Part shown: in pieces, positions 1 to 13,044 of the stretch
Position numbering within the stretch: the first letter of the stretch is position 1
Layout: the number at the start of each line of letters is the position of its first letter
Assembly (NCBI GenBank): GCA_964016885.1
Contig: OZ024740.1
Coordinates: 224,316,001 to 224,380,000 of the forward strand
Reading direction: 5' to 3'
Length of the DNA: 64,000 nucleotides
Origin: Eledone cirrhosa
Lineage: Eukaryota
Position numbers and translations under genes: made by a program
Notes under the pieces: model-generated
Database searches by the model: none
What the model was told of the DNA's origin: nothing
The model's input: only the letters and a program-made list of their open reading frames with translations

Positions 1-2907
1 TAAATGAGAAAACTGATAAAATTAAATGAAATGGAAATACATGGTTATATTAATAATGAACAGTTACATTTGTAAATAAGAATGTAGGATGATGATAAGA
101 GTTTGACACTACTTATGAGTGGGCACTGAATTTAATAATGGGAAGATTACCATAGTTATGGCTATCTAAACATGAAGACACACCTCTTATGGATCAGCAT
201 CAGCAGAAGCTGCATGTATTGAAAATATGGTCTTCTGGGAGAGAACTACATTGAGTAACAACTGAAATTTGAACATCATATTGTTAGTGATGATGAGGTT
301 AGTGGTGTTGGTTATGAGTAATAATTGAAGAAAAATTGAAATAGCCACCAATGTGGAGAACTAAAATCACTTTGGCAAACATTAGTGCTGATTTTTGATC
401 CAGCTGATTGCACAGCTCTGATTCTTTTAATATTCTGAATATGGCAGCCATCTTAATAAGCTACCTACAGGATTAATTTGATAGTAGGTTTCTCAGTTTA
501 CATTCAAATTGTAATTAATCTGTAACAAATAGCTTTCAGTATTATCTCCCCACTTTCTCACTTTTTGTCTTCGTCTCTTTACTATTATAATCACTTTGAC
601 ACACAGACACTCAGAAGACATCAACCACATATTTCTGTAATGTTTACTATCAAAGATGTTAGAGAAATCATACACAATTGTGAGTAAATATGATTATTTT
701 AAATGAAAACAGAGAGCATATGAAGGTGTACTATGGGGATTTGATGAATTTTAATAGTTTGGATCTGAAATATGAGAATTCACCTTTACTCAGGAAGGAG
801 TTGGGGGGGGGGGGGTGCATATGTTTATTTGATTTCAAATATTTTATCAACTAACGTTCGATGATGTAGAAGATCAATACACTGAATAAATTAGGTGTTT
901 TCTTTGCTGAATATTGAAGTATATTTGTAGGGGGTGAATTAGCAGATTTATTTGAACATGACAAAATACTCTGTGGCATTTGATTTGGCTCTCTTCGCCC
1001 TGTTTTCAAATTCTACAGAGCTCAGCTTTGCCTTTCTTTCTTTTTAAGTTGGTAACATAAAGGCCATGGTAAATTGCATGGTAAATTACTTGCATTTTAG
1101 AACATTGGGTGAGATGCAATTGAGTATTTGTCTTGGCTCTTTGTATTCTGAGATCAAATCTTGTGGTTTAGTTGGGTGGTTGACTTAATTTGTTGCTTAC
1201 ATTAATACCACTACCTAGCAATTAGGTGCTTTTAACAAAGTCCATTCTGTTGAAAATCTTTTGACCAGGTCTATGGTTTGAAGGTAACTCTCTCCCTTCT
1301 TTCTATTATTCTCAGAAAAAGGGCCTTGGATGATGCTCTTCTCCCCATGATTAAGCAGTAAAAAGAGAAGTTGTCATCTATATGTATCAGCTATCATGAG
1401 TTTGAAAGCATAAGTTGAACATATTGACTACAGTACATATTTTAGTTTGGTATTTATTTTATTTGAACCATTAAGTTATTGCACATAAAAGGACATAACA
1501 TAAACAATATTTAGGCCAATGATGAAAGTCATGTTTTATTCCAATGGAATTTAATTTACAATAGTCAAACAACAACCTGCTTGGTTACAGTTAACACATC
1601 CAGTTCTATACTATCTCAATACTACTCCCCTATGTTAGTTTCATAACTTGCTCATTATACATAATTTAAAAAGCATCATTAATAAAATGTAGAATAAAAT
1701 CCATCTGCAATATTTCTCAAATAATACACCTCACTTCTCAATGTATAAAATAAAATGCAGTGCTACAGTTAAGATTAAATGTGAGATAACTATTACAATG
1801 TATTTCTGTATTGTAGGAATAATCACTAGAAATAAGGCACATAGGCACTTAGTAAAACAAGTACAAGTACCATAAATACTATGGTTAACGAGATAGTACA
1901 TTTAGAAAATCTAATGCAACCATTGTATATTCAAGGTATAGGTTACACACATAAATAATTTAAATTTAATAGTCATAAACCTCTCAATCAATTCAACTGA
2001 TTCCTATAAACATTGTAATAAAGGAAAATGGCTTCTATAAATGTCACAATAAGCTAAGATGTGCAAGTTAAGTATTGTGAATTTGTTTCAAATAATGGAT
2101 CTCAGGTAAATAGATTACTGTTGAAGTGGTGTTCATTCCATTAGTATAATGCATATAGTCTCTTAAAATTGTCTCTATACTTCTATTCAAATAAATAGTG
2201 ATGAAAGAGCGACATATGCTACATTACTACACAGTGTAATGGAATTTATAAAAGAAGAAAAACATGTTCCATGAAGAGAGGTGCAATTTAACATTTCAGA
2301 CATCACACTTCTTAATTAAAGACATGAACATGTAAGTCACCACCACCATCATTGCTGCTGTTGTCAACATCACTGTCATCATCATTATTCTCCACCTCCT
2401 CATCTGTCTCATCATCGGCATTGGCATCATTCTCCAGTTTATATCCACTTTCCATACTGGCAGGTGTTGGATTGGTTGCTATGGTCTGAGTCAGTTTTTA
2501 TTTGGAGTAACTACAGAGGTATCTGCAGGGAAGCAAACCCTTCATCCAGGTGTACTTTACTGATATATTCAACTATTATTTATAATTATCAGATATAATA
2601 ACAGGTATCTGCATTGTGCTGATGATATTTTCAGATTTTAAATTTCCCAATGCTTTGTAATTCAATCAAATTTTATTTATATGTCTAATTGTATACTTTA
2701 ATATTCTAAAAGATAAGTAATTAGAAACCAGAAATACTATGGCACAGTAGTTAAAAATGATTGCCAACCATATAGGAGATAAGTGGTTAAATACCATGCA
2801 AACATCTCTGTCCACTTTTTAACATCTCCGAAGGCTCTTTACCTGATTTATTCAAGTATTATTTATAAATAGCAACTACTATTATAGTTGCCACAAACAA
2901 ATGGCAA

Positions 2908-3640
2908 AAGTATGTGAATTTTGTATATCTAATGATACACAGTATGCCTAATAAATAAACATTTGGAAAGACTTGCAATGAATATTGAAAGGCTGATGGC
3001 TAGCACCGTCTAGCGGATTTCAGCAGAAGCAATGTCGGGCAACTGTTAATGTACATAATTAAATATACGAAATTCACATAATTTTATGAATACAGCTATG
3101 TAGGAGCTAAAATACTAATTCTACTTTCAAATTAAGCCAACTTACAGAGCTCCATATGCAAATGAGGCTAATAACCTCATCTACACAGGTGAAAAATCTA
3201 TATATTTTCACCTGCTTCAAGTTCCAGCAGATAGCAGAAGAAGCACTGTCCTGATGGAGGCCAGAGCCTGAAATGTACATTGACAGTTGTCCCTTGCTGC
3301 TTCTGCTGGAATCCACTAGATGGTGCTAGGCATTACCCTTTCAATATTCATAGCTAGGGTTTCCAAATATTTATTTATTAAACATACCGTATATCATTAG
3401 ATATATGAAATTCTCATACTTGTATGTATACAGCTATGTCGGGGCAAAAATCTTAATTCTACTTTCAAGTTAAGCCAATTTATACAGCTCTATATGCAAA
3501 TGAAGCTATTCAGCCCATCTACACAGGTAAAAAACTATATATTTTTGCCTGCTTCAAGTTCCAGTAGAGATCAGCGGAGGATATATGAAATCCACATACT
3601 TGTATTTATACAGCTATGTTTGAGCTGAAATTCTAATTCC
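2908..3640. repeat. Compound repeat: ~150-bp inverted repeat (2908-3056 vs 3273-3421) overlapping ~180-bp direct repeats (3063-3240, 3401-3580, partial 3581-3640)
   Basis: Reverse complement of 3273-3421 aligns along 2908-3056 (e.g. tagcaccgtctagcggatttcagcagaagc vs gcttctgctggaatccactagatggtgcta). atata.gaaat...cata...tacagctatgt starts at 3063, 3401 and 3581. Confidence 0.85.
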
Positions 3641-4407
3641 AAATTATAAAATTTTAGTTTTAAAAGCTCAGAATCCTCTTGAATATTATATTAAATTATC
3701 AACTAAGTAAATTAGAAACAATGTATATGCAAAATTTTGAAATTTTGTGCTATTTTTTGTTTTGTGAAATTAACCTGGCAACCTTTTAATATATGTTATT
3801 GAGTGGGATGATATCCAAATAAACAATTATAATCTGATTTTGAGTTATTATAATATGCTTTCATAGTTATACAGCCTTTTAGACAGTAGCATCAAATTCC
3901 ATCTTTTATTGAAGAACATTTTTTTAGAAATTCCATTTTAATTTACATCTATTATGTAATCTAAGAAACACATGAAAAATTACAATTTTTTATATTTTCT
4001 CAGTTAGAAATTTGAATATCTTTATAGAAATTATTTATAATGGTACAACTTCGCTTAGGAATAACTGTCAAATCTCTCTCCAATCACACTAAGAAGTATC
4101 TATTTAGTAAATGTCAATCATACATTGAATATAATTCAAAAACAAGTTGTCCACAAATAGTTGTTGAAGAGAATGAGGAAAGCAAGCACAATGTAGTTCT
4201 ATATCCCTCTTCTGTCCTTCTATATCCTTTATATCTGAGCCATATAGCAAGGACAATTATATTTTGAAGTTACTTCCCTTACTTCAAGATACTTTGTCAA
4301 CACAATTCAAACTTCTACCACACCACGAGGAAAAGGACATCATAGATAACATAGTCATTGGTACAATGTTTAAAAAGATGTGTGAATTATATCTGGATCA
4401 CATTTGG

Positions 4408-5720
4408 TCATCATCATCACAATCATCATCATTTTACGTCTGCTTTTCCCTGCTTGCAAGGGTGGGACGTGTCCTATTCAACACAGCATTTCTCCACTTC
4501 TCAGGGTCCCTCGTCATCTCCACCGTGCGTTTCAGCAATCTGTGGTCTGCTCTCACCACCTCTACCCATGTTTATCATGGTCTACCTCTACTACGTCTTC
4601 CTTCAACTGGCATTTCTTGGCACTTCTTCACCCATCGGTCATCCTCCATGCGCATCACATGTCCATACCATTGCAGTCTCCTCTCCCGCACACTACAATC
4701 TATGTCTCTCAGACACAGTTTCTCTCTCAACACATCCAACAGAGAATGTTTGCCTCATTTCTCTCCAGCTGTCACATATCCTCTGCAGTTGCTGCCCATG
4801 TCTCACTACCATGCAGCATCGCGCTCCTCACACAGGCATCATATAACCGGCCTTTTGTATGCAGGGAGAAACACTTCTTTGTCAGGAGAGGAAACAGCGC
4901 CCTAAAATTCTTCCAACCCATCTTTATTCTAGATACTATGGCCTCAGAACACCCCCCCCTCCCATACTGATCTGATCACCTAGGTACCAGACGCTATCAA
5001 CCACTTCTATAGCACCCACCTGCATTCAAAAAATGTGTCTATCAATGCGAGTTCTACTGTCAAATTTCCCTGTACATCTACTGCATATGTATTTCTCTCT
5101 ACCTGTTAGTTTGCCTGCTATCCCACTACATCTCTTGTGTACCAAAGATCTACATTGCGTATATTTTATAGAATTTATGCCAGTTCCTTTCCTGCATCTC
5201 GAACATGGCCATTTCCCTGACGGAATCAGAGTTTTGTCCTCTTTTCTACTCATCAACACATTTGTCTTAGCTAGGTTCACTCTCAGGTCTCTTGATTCCA
5301 ACTGCTGTTTCCATAGCCAGAATTTATTCTCTAGCTCCTCTACTGATTCTGTTATAAGAACCAGATCGTCAGCATAGAGAAGTTTCCATGGACAGCCAGT
5401 CTTAAACTCCTCTGTTATGGCGTGGAGGACTATAATGAACAAGAGCGGGCTGAGGACCGAACCCTGATGTACTCCTACTTGCATCTGGAATTCCTCACTA
5501 AACTCCATTCCTACCCTCAATTTACTGACAGCACCTCTGTACAAAGTTTGCACTGTCCTCACAAGCCATTCCTCAACACCTAGTTTCCTTAGGGACCACC
5601 AGATGACAGATCAGGGTACCCTATCAAAGGCCTTATCTAGGTCAACAAAAGCTAAGTATAGTGGCTTATTCTTATCTAAAAACCTCTCTTGTAATTGTCT
5701 CACCAAGAAGGGGGCATCTG
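4408..5720 (-). mobile_element. RTE-clade LINE, 5'-truncated 3' fragment (RT C-terminal half, Cys-rich insert, (ATG)n tail)
   Basis: ORF 5026-5562 has GVHQGSVLSPLLF and LLYADDL RT motifs. It continues through a frameshift into the RIKMGWKNFR region. (CAT)n at 4408-4432 is the tail. Homologous to 28444-30490. Confidence 0.9.
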
Positions 5721-5856
5721 ATATCCTAAATCAGAACTAACCTAGGGCATACCAGTGAGAAAACTAGTATGTTCTAATGTAGTTTTAGGTTGATCAGTAA
5801 ATTGGGAGTAAAATCATAAAATTTGATTGATGGAAATTTTCAAGCATCCCCTCATA

Positions 5857-6075
5857 TCATCATCATCATCATCATCACCTTTTAATGGCCATTTTTCCAC
5901 ACTAACATGGGTTAGATGAGTTGTCCTGTTGTGAGAAATGCCAGGTCAGGTGACAATGTCTTGCTCATACAGAACTGACTTTACTCTGATTTTTACAGCT
6001 GACTGCCATTCCTAACACAAACCACAATTATAGTGAGTACTGGGTGCTTTTTTGTCATGACACATATATGACCAC
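5857..6075 (-). mobile_element. Degenerate 3' part of tRNA-derived SINE with (ATG)n tail
   Basis: (CAT)n followed by a decayed reverse complement of the SINE body seen at 23422-23769 (ttttacagctg...ttcctaacac...agtgagtactgggtgcttttttg). Confidence 0.6.
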
Positions 6076-6599
6076 TTGGAAGTTTAGGCTGGTGCTTTTT
6101 GCTGAAATACCTACACAACCACTTTAGAGTGTGGGCTGGGTGTTTTTTATTGTGTCACCATCACATTTATTGTCGTGTTATCATCACAATCACTTGATAG
6201 TGTGGATTGGGGATTTGGTGGGAGAGGTGTGTGTGTATTGGGGAGGTGGCTATTTGGGCCTGGTGAGGGGTGGACTGTTAGGACATGGGAGGTTAGTGGA
6301 AGGGAGTGAGGTGGACCACACTAGATGTATACTTCAGCTTGTGCTCATGATATGTGAATGGAAGAGTGGGGTGAAGGTGATGTATACTCTATTATGCTTT
6401 AGCCTGTGTCATGGGTAGGCATGTCTTCTGTATTATTGCATAATGCCAGAGATCTGAGACCTGTGACAATGCCTTTGAGAGGTGTAATTGAACAAGGTCA
6501 GCTTTTATTACTTTGTCCTAAGTTTTCCTGTGTCTTCCCATTCCATGGCTTACATCAACTTTCAGTGCTCTGTACCTTTTTATAATTCTATCATCCTTT

Positions 6600-7000
6600 A
6601 TTTCATACACATCCCATGTCCATACCAACACAGTCTCCTCTCCTGCACACTGCATCTAATTCCTCTTATGCTTAGTTTCTCTCTCAGTTTGTTTATGCTT
6701 TGCTTTTCACATATATTAATATTACATATCCATTGGAGCATGTAAGTTTCATTTCTTTCCAATCTTCACAAATCTTCTGCATTCAGCACCTAGGTTTTAC
6801 TACCATGCAACATTGTTGTTCATATGCATGCATCATACCATGTGCCTTTAATTTTGAAGGAAAACCTTTTGGGGCTAGCAGTGGTAGTAGCTCCCTGAAC
6901 TTCCTCCATCCTGTTCTCACTCTGGCTACTGTACATTCAGAACACCCACCTCCACAGCTAATTTGGTCACCCATGTAGCACAAACTGTCAACTGCTTCGA
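6600..7000 (-). mobile_element. Old RTE LINE fragment
   Basis: ORF 6783-6983 CYMGDQISCGGGCSECTVARVRTGWRKFRELLPLL matches the post-RT segment of the RTE copies at 4408 and 28444. Confidence 0.8.
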
Positions 7001-7319
7001 CTGAATCTTCCCAGAATTTGATAGCACTTGTTGCCTGTGGTCGTTTGCTATTTACTGCTCTGGTGCAATGGCTACCTATAAAACCTTAGCTAGACTACCA
7101 GATATCTCACTGTCATCTTCAGTAGATTATCTTTCAGGAACACTCAATGCTCTTCTACATTTAATGTCTCTAGCTGGTCAATTTTACTGTCGTATGCATG
7201 TAGTTAAAAATAGAGTTACTTCATCATAGTCATGTTGATGTAAACCCCATTGCTTGAACTGGCTTATCCTCAATAAGTTACAGCATACAAGCCATGTATA
7301 AGAACCTTATCTTCAGCAA

Positions 7320-7334
7320 TATATATATATATAA

Positions 7335-7404
<70 letters not shown>

Positions 7405-7443
7405 GATATATGCATATATATATATATATAATAGATATATGCA

Positions 7444-7541
<98 letters not shown>
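7320..7541. repeat. (TA)n microsatellite; further (TA)n tracts at 7776-7827, 12795-12849, 32308-32339, 62593-62638 and 63439-63482
   Basis: Directly visible dinucleotide runs. Confidence 0.98.
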
Positions 7542-7771
7542 GTGTATGTGATTCAGTGAATTACTGGTGATGGTACCAAAATGAGCACCCAATGAACAGG
7601 CAGAGAATATATATTAAGAAAAGCAATGAATCTTTTTTACGTGTAGTTAGATATTTTTATTGTGTATTGAATTTGAATGTCACCCTTAGAAGTTATGGAC
7701 CAACTCCTTTATCAATCTACCCTTACACAATAGAAAAGTAACTCAATGTAAATGAAACTTCATCGTTCTTT

Positions 7772-7830
<59 letters not shown>

Positions 7831-7861
7831 TAAATGGAAACTATATTTATAAAACCATAAT

Positions 7862-7927
7862 TATTTTATTATATATATTTCAAGGGCAACCAAGGCAAAT
7901 TCTGGTGCGGCTTCATCAGATAAAGTA
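7862..7927 (-). ncRNA. Minimal type I hammerhead ribozyme, copy A
   Basis: Minus strand reads tactttat-CTGATGA-agccgcacca...tggttgccctt-GAAA-tatata-TA-ataaaata: intact core, helix I, helix II and a palindromic helix III. Confidence 0.75.
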
Positions 7928-9396
7928 CAAATTTGTTTTATAAATAAATATTGACATACCCGCATAAAAGACAACCTTAACGGTTGAGGTTCGCTGGATA
8001 GTGGAAAAAATATTTTATTGAGGGTGATTCAAAGTTATGAGTGAGTATGCAAATGAGTGTCAGAAAAATTGAAAAACAACGGTTTATTTAAATTAAACTG
8101 TTGGAAGAAAGTAGTGAAAGGGAGAGAGAAAAAATATTGAAAGGCAGAGAGAAAGAATAGTGAAAGGGAGAGAGGAAAAAAGAGAAAGAGAGAAGAAAGA
8201 AAAAGTGTGATAAAAGGGAGAAAAAAAGAAAGAGAGTCAAGATTATGCAGAGTGATAGTGAAGAAAATTTAAGGAAGGGCGAGCGAAGAAATGAGCTTTT
8301 CAGGGATGAATATTCAAATCTTAAATATAACGTTCATTATGCTATGTTAATATTAAACCTAATACTATATTTATGAGTTAAAAATTAAATTAAATTAAGA
8401 ATAAATAAGTACTGTTAAATTAAAAATACTGTTAAATTTAATTAAAAATAAGGATATATTACAATAAAGAAGTATTTAAAATATATTAAGATGTATTAAT
8501 AATATATGGGTTTAGATGGGTATGTTATAGATGATAAATTATTTAAATGTATAGTATTTTACTTTGGAAAAATATTTAGAATCTAGTTTTGTTTATTTAA
8601 TTAAAATAAGTTTGGCCAAATTATATTTAGCCTGAATTCCAAAGATTACAAAAAATTACGAGAGTTTACAAAGGATTAAGTACTTAATTCGAAGTATATA
8701 CTAAACCATTTACAATTTCAGACTATAAAAATCGAGATTATAAAAACCAATAAGGAAGTTTAAAAGAAGTTTAAAAGGGATTTTAAAAAAAACTCAAATG
8801 ACTCCAAGGATACATAAAGATGTCTTAAAAAGTTATAAGAAGTTATAAAAATTCATCTTAGAATATAATTAAAACATAAACCTTACATTATTCCAAATAT
8901 ATAGAAGTATTTGGAAATATATGAAAATACATAAATATTAAAAATGTTTAAAATATTGGAATATATAAAAATATTAGAAGATATGAAAAATATGAAAATA
9001 ATAGTTTTTCGGTATCATTCAAAAAGATCTTTCAAAAAAACCTTCTTAAAAAATTTTTCAAAAATTTTTCAAAAAGTCTTTCAAAGAAAATTTTTTAAAT
9101 TTTCTAAAACCTTTTCTTAAAAGAATTTCAAGTAGTCATTCAAAATGGTTATGATATATTTTTGGAGGTAGGATTGATAAGTGTAATAATATAAAGTATA
9201 TTTATGAAGTAGAAATATTAGAAAGTAAAGGTTTTAAGGGGTAAATTAAAAATTTAATAAGTGTATTTATATATTTACGAAGTTATTAAAATTAGAATTA
9301 TATTAAATTCTTGAACCATATATGGATATAATCTGAGGAATACGATTATAGGTGTTTAGATAGAAAAAATATTATGTAAGGAAGATTAACCATATA

Positions 9397-9975
9397 TTAC
9401 ATTTTATATGTATATTTAAAAGTTGAATTTAAACGATGTTTACAAGAACTAAATAGGTTATTACGCAAATTAATAGAGTTCTTACATTTAAGTATAAAGA
9501 ATATTTCTTCATCACATAGGCTGCAAAATTTGGATAAAGCTGTGTTCCTGTAGGCTGGTGCTTCGGAGACAATTTTCCAAGATAAAGAATAGTTTATATT
9601 CTTGGATTTTAAGTTCCATAATAAGTTGGATAGAGAGGTTGAAGGTTTTTTACCAATATTCGTAAAGGAACATTTATGGTTATTGAAACGAGATTTGAAT
9701 TCAGTCGAAGTAGAGCCGACATAGTTAAAGGAATTATCATTGGTTTTGACATTGTAATTGTATACTACATTTTTAACTAAACAATTATTATTTAAAGGAC
9801 AGTTAGGTTTAATTCTACAATTACATTTATCAGAATTTATATTATTGGGAACAGTATCATTGTATTGGATATTGCTAGAGGTATTAATGCTATTCTGGTT
9901 AAGTTTTAAGTTTCTATTATTGATTCTATTTATATTCTGTGCTAAGTTCATAGTGGTAGAATAATAGAATATTAG
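9397..9975 (-). pseudogene. GIY-YIG endonuclease domain of a Penelope-like element (C-terminal remnant)
   Basis: Motifs CNCRIKPNCPLNNNCL, VVY/YVG, SRFNNH, CSLCDEE and CKHR. No RT upstream. Confidence 0.88.
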
Positions 9976-10334
9976 TCTACGACTTCTTTTATAACATAAA
10001 CGTGGTTTTGTCTTTGCGTTCAATTGTTTTTCACCGCTCCAAATAATCACATATTATATTCGTTTTTTCCAGTTCTTTGCCAGGGGACGTTTCCACGAAC
10101 CAAAGTATCGTCTTCCTATCTTCCTCCGGTTGCAACGTTTTTTGAAATATTCACTTCTGCGTTCACAGATTGACTTTGTTAGTTCCAGAAGATCCCGTTA
10201 AGGGTGAAAGCAGCGATTATTTGCTTAAACTTTAATTTGTCATTTTAATAAATATTTGCACTACGGTTCTTATATATTTGATATATATTTATCCTTATCG
10301 AGCCCTCTTTGGATTTTAGTCTTCAAATTTATAT

Positions 10335-11324
10335 ATATAAATTAGCGAGAATCGCATTTCGGCTATTGGGAATTAGCGAAAAACAACTTCCGAGATGTGT
10401 GGCAAGTGCTCCATAGAAACTAGTGAACTAGAGCAACAGCATACGTTAAAAGGCCAAACACACTGAGACGATGGTTAAACCATTATCCGCAAAGCTATAG
10501 AAACGACCAAGCTATTCGGGTCAAACAAATAATAAAATATGATTGAAAATTATACCCGGACGCTCGGAAACGGTGGTAAAATCCAATATGGGGTTTCTGC
10601 AACTCCTAAATCAGGTACTGTCTGCTTAAACAAATAATTGTTTCTACTTTTGGCACAAGGCCAGCAATTACCCAGTACATTACTGGTACTTTATTTTATC
10701 GACCCCGCAAGGATGAAAGGCAAAGTCAACCTCGGCGGGATTTGAATTCAGATTGTAAAGGGACGTAACTATGCTGGAAAGCATGGCGTCCGACCCTCTA
10801 CCTAAGCTTTTGGTATGATGATCGAACAAGGAAGTCACATTTTCAACAGGCATTTAGTTCTATGCAAAGCTAAGGAACTGACCGTTATCTAAACCCACGT
10901 GGGGTTTAGAAGGGAGACAACCCCTAGTCTTGGCGGACGAATTCTATGTGTGGTTATTGCAAAATTGCAAAATATCACAAAACGAATTAAGCTCTCAACA
11001 TAATAGTTTTTTTAAAATTAACATAAGCTATTAATCAGTCAATAGAATTAACAAAAAAAAAACAGAACAATTAACTGGTTAATAGCTAGACTCTGGAGAT
11101 TAATACAAATATAAATTAGCGAGAATCGCATTTCGGCTATTGGGAATTAGCGAAAAACAACTTCCGAGATGTGTGGCAAGCGCTCCATAGAAACTAGTGA
11201 ACTAGAGCAACAACGTACGTTAAAAGGCCAAACACAATGAGACGATGGTTAAACCATTATCCGCAAAGCCATAGAAACGACCAAGCTATTCGGATCAAAC
11301 AAATAATAAAATATGATTGAAAAT
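10335..11324. repeat. 216-bp direct repeats (10335-10550 and 11109-11324) flanking a ~560-bp interior; unclassified element
   Basis: The two copies differ at about 6 positions by eye. TA-rich flanks on both sides. Confidence 0.9.
10633..10802 (-). mobile_element. SINE with (ATT) tail (family M), slightly 5'-truncated
   Basis: Reverse complement of the 43381-43560 SINE (B box gttcaaatcc; gactttgcctttcatcc...ggggtcgataaaataaagtaccag). Confidence 0.9.
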
Positions 11325-11347
11325 GATTATATATATATGTATATATA

Positions 11348-11958
11348 TGGTGGCTGCCAACTCGTTCTCGAGTACGGCCACTACTTTATATCCATGTAGG
11401 AGAACCCCTACCGATGCGCTGAACAAGTATGACTTTTTAGTCCAGCCAGCGACTTGAGAACTCTGGTACAAACACTACACTTGTGACAATTATTGACACA
11501 TAGTGCTGGGCCCATGGTACCACGTGATGACAAATACAGAGAGATCTCCAGATTTAAAGCAATGCCTGTGCCGTGAAGCTTTTATGGTGATCAAAGGCAC
11601 TGCACAAATCCAGTCCCACTCTCTTAACCAAGATGATATTTACCAAAAAGAAGAACAAGTCAACATCATTGGATACCATCAGGGTTGCTGGTGTTATATC
11701 AGAGTGTTTCCTTCCCCTAGAATTCTGCCTTGACAATGGCTAAGGGGTCATCTCTCCCGGTGATTTTGGATGGCCATTGACTCTTAAGAGCTCCTTTTCC
11801 TTTTGACAGGTTTTGTTTTTAGTCCTGCAGGATGTCCAAAGTCACCCTTCTCACCAAGAAACCTTGGTGGGGTTGCCAGTTTAGTCGCCAACGACCCGAC
11901 CATTGGACAGGTTGTACTGGGATATATGTTACCAGTAGCACCAACTGGTGACCTGACA
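11348..11958 (-). mobile_element. ~610-bp non-coding interspersed element, copy 1 (probable non-autonomous retroelement)
   Basis: Near-identical end to end with 58986-59594 and, inverted, with 62639-63248. TA-rich flanks. Strand inferred from an RTE-5'UTR-like motif. Confidence 0.85.
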
Positions 11959-11959
11959 T

Positions 11960-12790
11960 AATGTATATATATATGCATACACGCACATACATATATACGC
12001 ACATGCTTACACATATATACACATATAAAAACAATAAAATAAATATACAATATATTAAAATATGCATATAAAGTCACATAGAGATATATAAAAAAAGAGA
12101 GGAGAAAGAAGAAAGTATGTGTATGCGTGTGATATAGTACATATAGGGAGTATGACATGCACACGTAGGTCTGTATACGGAACAAATAATGTCTTCCAAA
12201 ATGGAACACGTGGAGAGTATGTATTCATGATTGAAAAGGTACACATGCATGGGGGTACGTAGCCCTGTCATATTGGAGTATGTCACTGTGGTTGGGGTGT
12301 GTTGTCCTATAGGTGTAAGGTATTTGACTGAAAGACCGTGGAATCCGGATCAACCTGTCCCGGCTCAAACGATGTTCATGCCTAGGGTGACGTGCAGAGT
12401 CGGGTATGCATCTTGGGTTATTTTAGTTTACCCCACGGGGCATATATTGTCATCAGGGTATGGTGTCTGATCGCTTGAACCCGTTTCGTCGCTTTGGTCG
12501 ACACGTGCTCCGCCGCATGCCCTTAGTCTGGGCTTCCCCGAGGATTCCATGCGGAGAGTGTGCACCTTCTCTGGTGTGCCTCTTGCTTCGGTCCTTGAAG
12601 GAGTTCGTGTGGTTATACATCCGCGATTTAAAGGTCGTGGATGTTGCGCCGATGTAGGTTCGCTTTACATTGTGGGTGTAAACCACACATTTGTATACCA
12701 GGCCCTTCGTCAGGCATTTTCCCTGTAGGGAGCACCGGGTGCCCGCTCTGCAGTTACATGTTCTGTTGTTATTTTGTTCGCTTCGGACGC

Positions 12791-12793
<3 letters not shown>
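11960..12793 (-). mobile_element. Penelope-like GIY-YIG fragment (internally deleted) with putative 3' region
   Basis: ORF 12453-12935 contains CNCRAGTRCSLQGKCLTKGLVYKCVV...TYIGATSTTFKSRMYNH. Cut at the (TA)n tract at 12795. Left boundary uncertain. Confidence 0.75.
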
Positions 12794-12852
<59 letters not shown>

Positions 12853-13044
12853 GTTTGTATATGTATAATAAAGCCAAAACAATGCAGGTATGGACATAGA
12901 ATGAAGAATGCAAATGCAAAAGATATTGTTGACAATTAGTCTTTTACCTTAGATTTAGTTAAATGTCCTTAATTTTCGAGATAATATCTCTTCTTCGGAG
13001 GGAAGTAAAGCGGTTAAACCAGTGTTCTAAATAGCTTGCCAAGT

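Larger units (their letters stand above)
7826..9990 (-). mobile_element. Penelope-like element (Naiad-type), 5'-truncated: GIY-YIG endonuclease, long AT-rich 3' region, hammerhead-containing terminus next to (TA)n
   Basis: ORF 9397-10050 contains CNCR-x4-CPL-x3-CL...VVY...YVGST...FKSRFNNH...W...CSLC..E...CKHR. A hammerhead lies on the same strand at 7862-7927. That the intervening 8-9.4 kb belongs to the element is inferred. Confidence 0.75.

Noticed and set aside
1-700. Decayed DNA-transposon or coding remnant
   Set aside because: Only vague acidic and Cys/His-like patches with many stops. Not supportable.
10335-10550. LTR retrotransposon LTRs or hammerhead-containing retrozyme repeats
   Set aside because: No TG...CA ends, PBS or PPT recognised, and no CTGANGA core on either strand.
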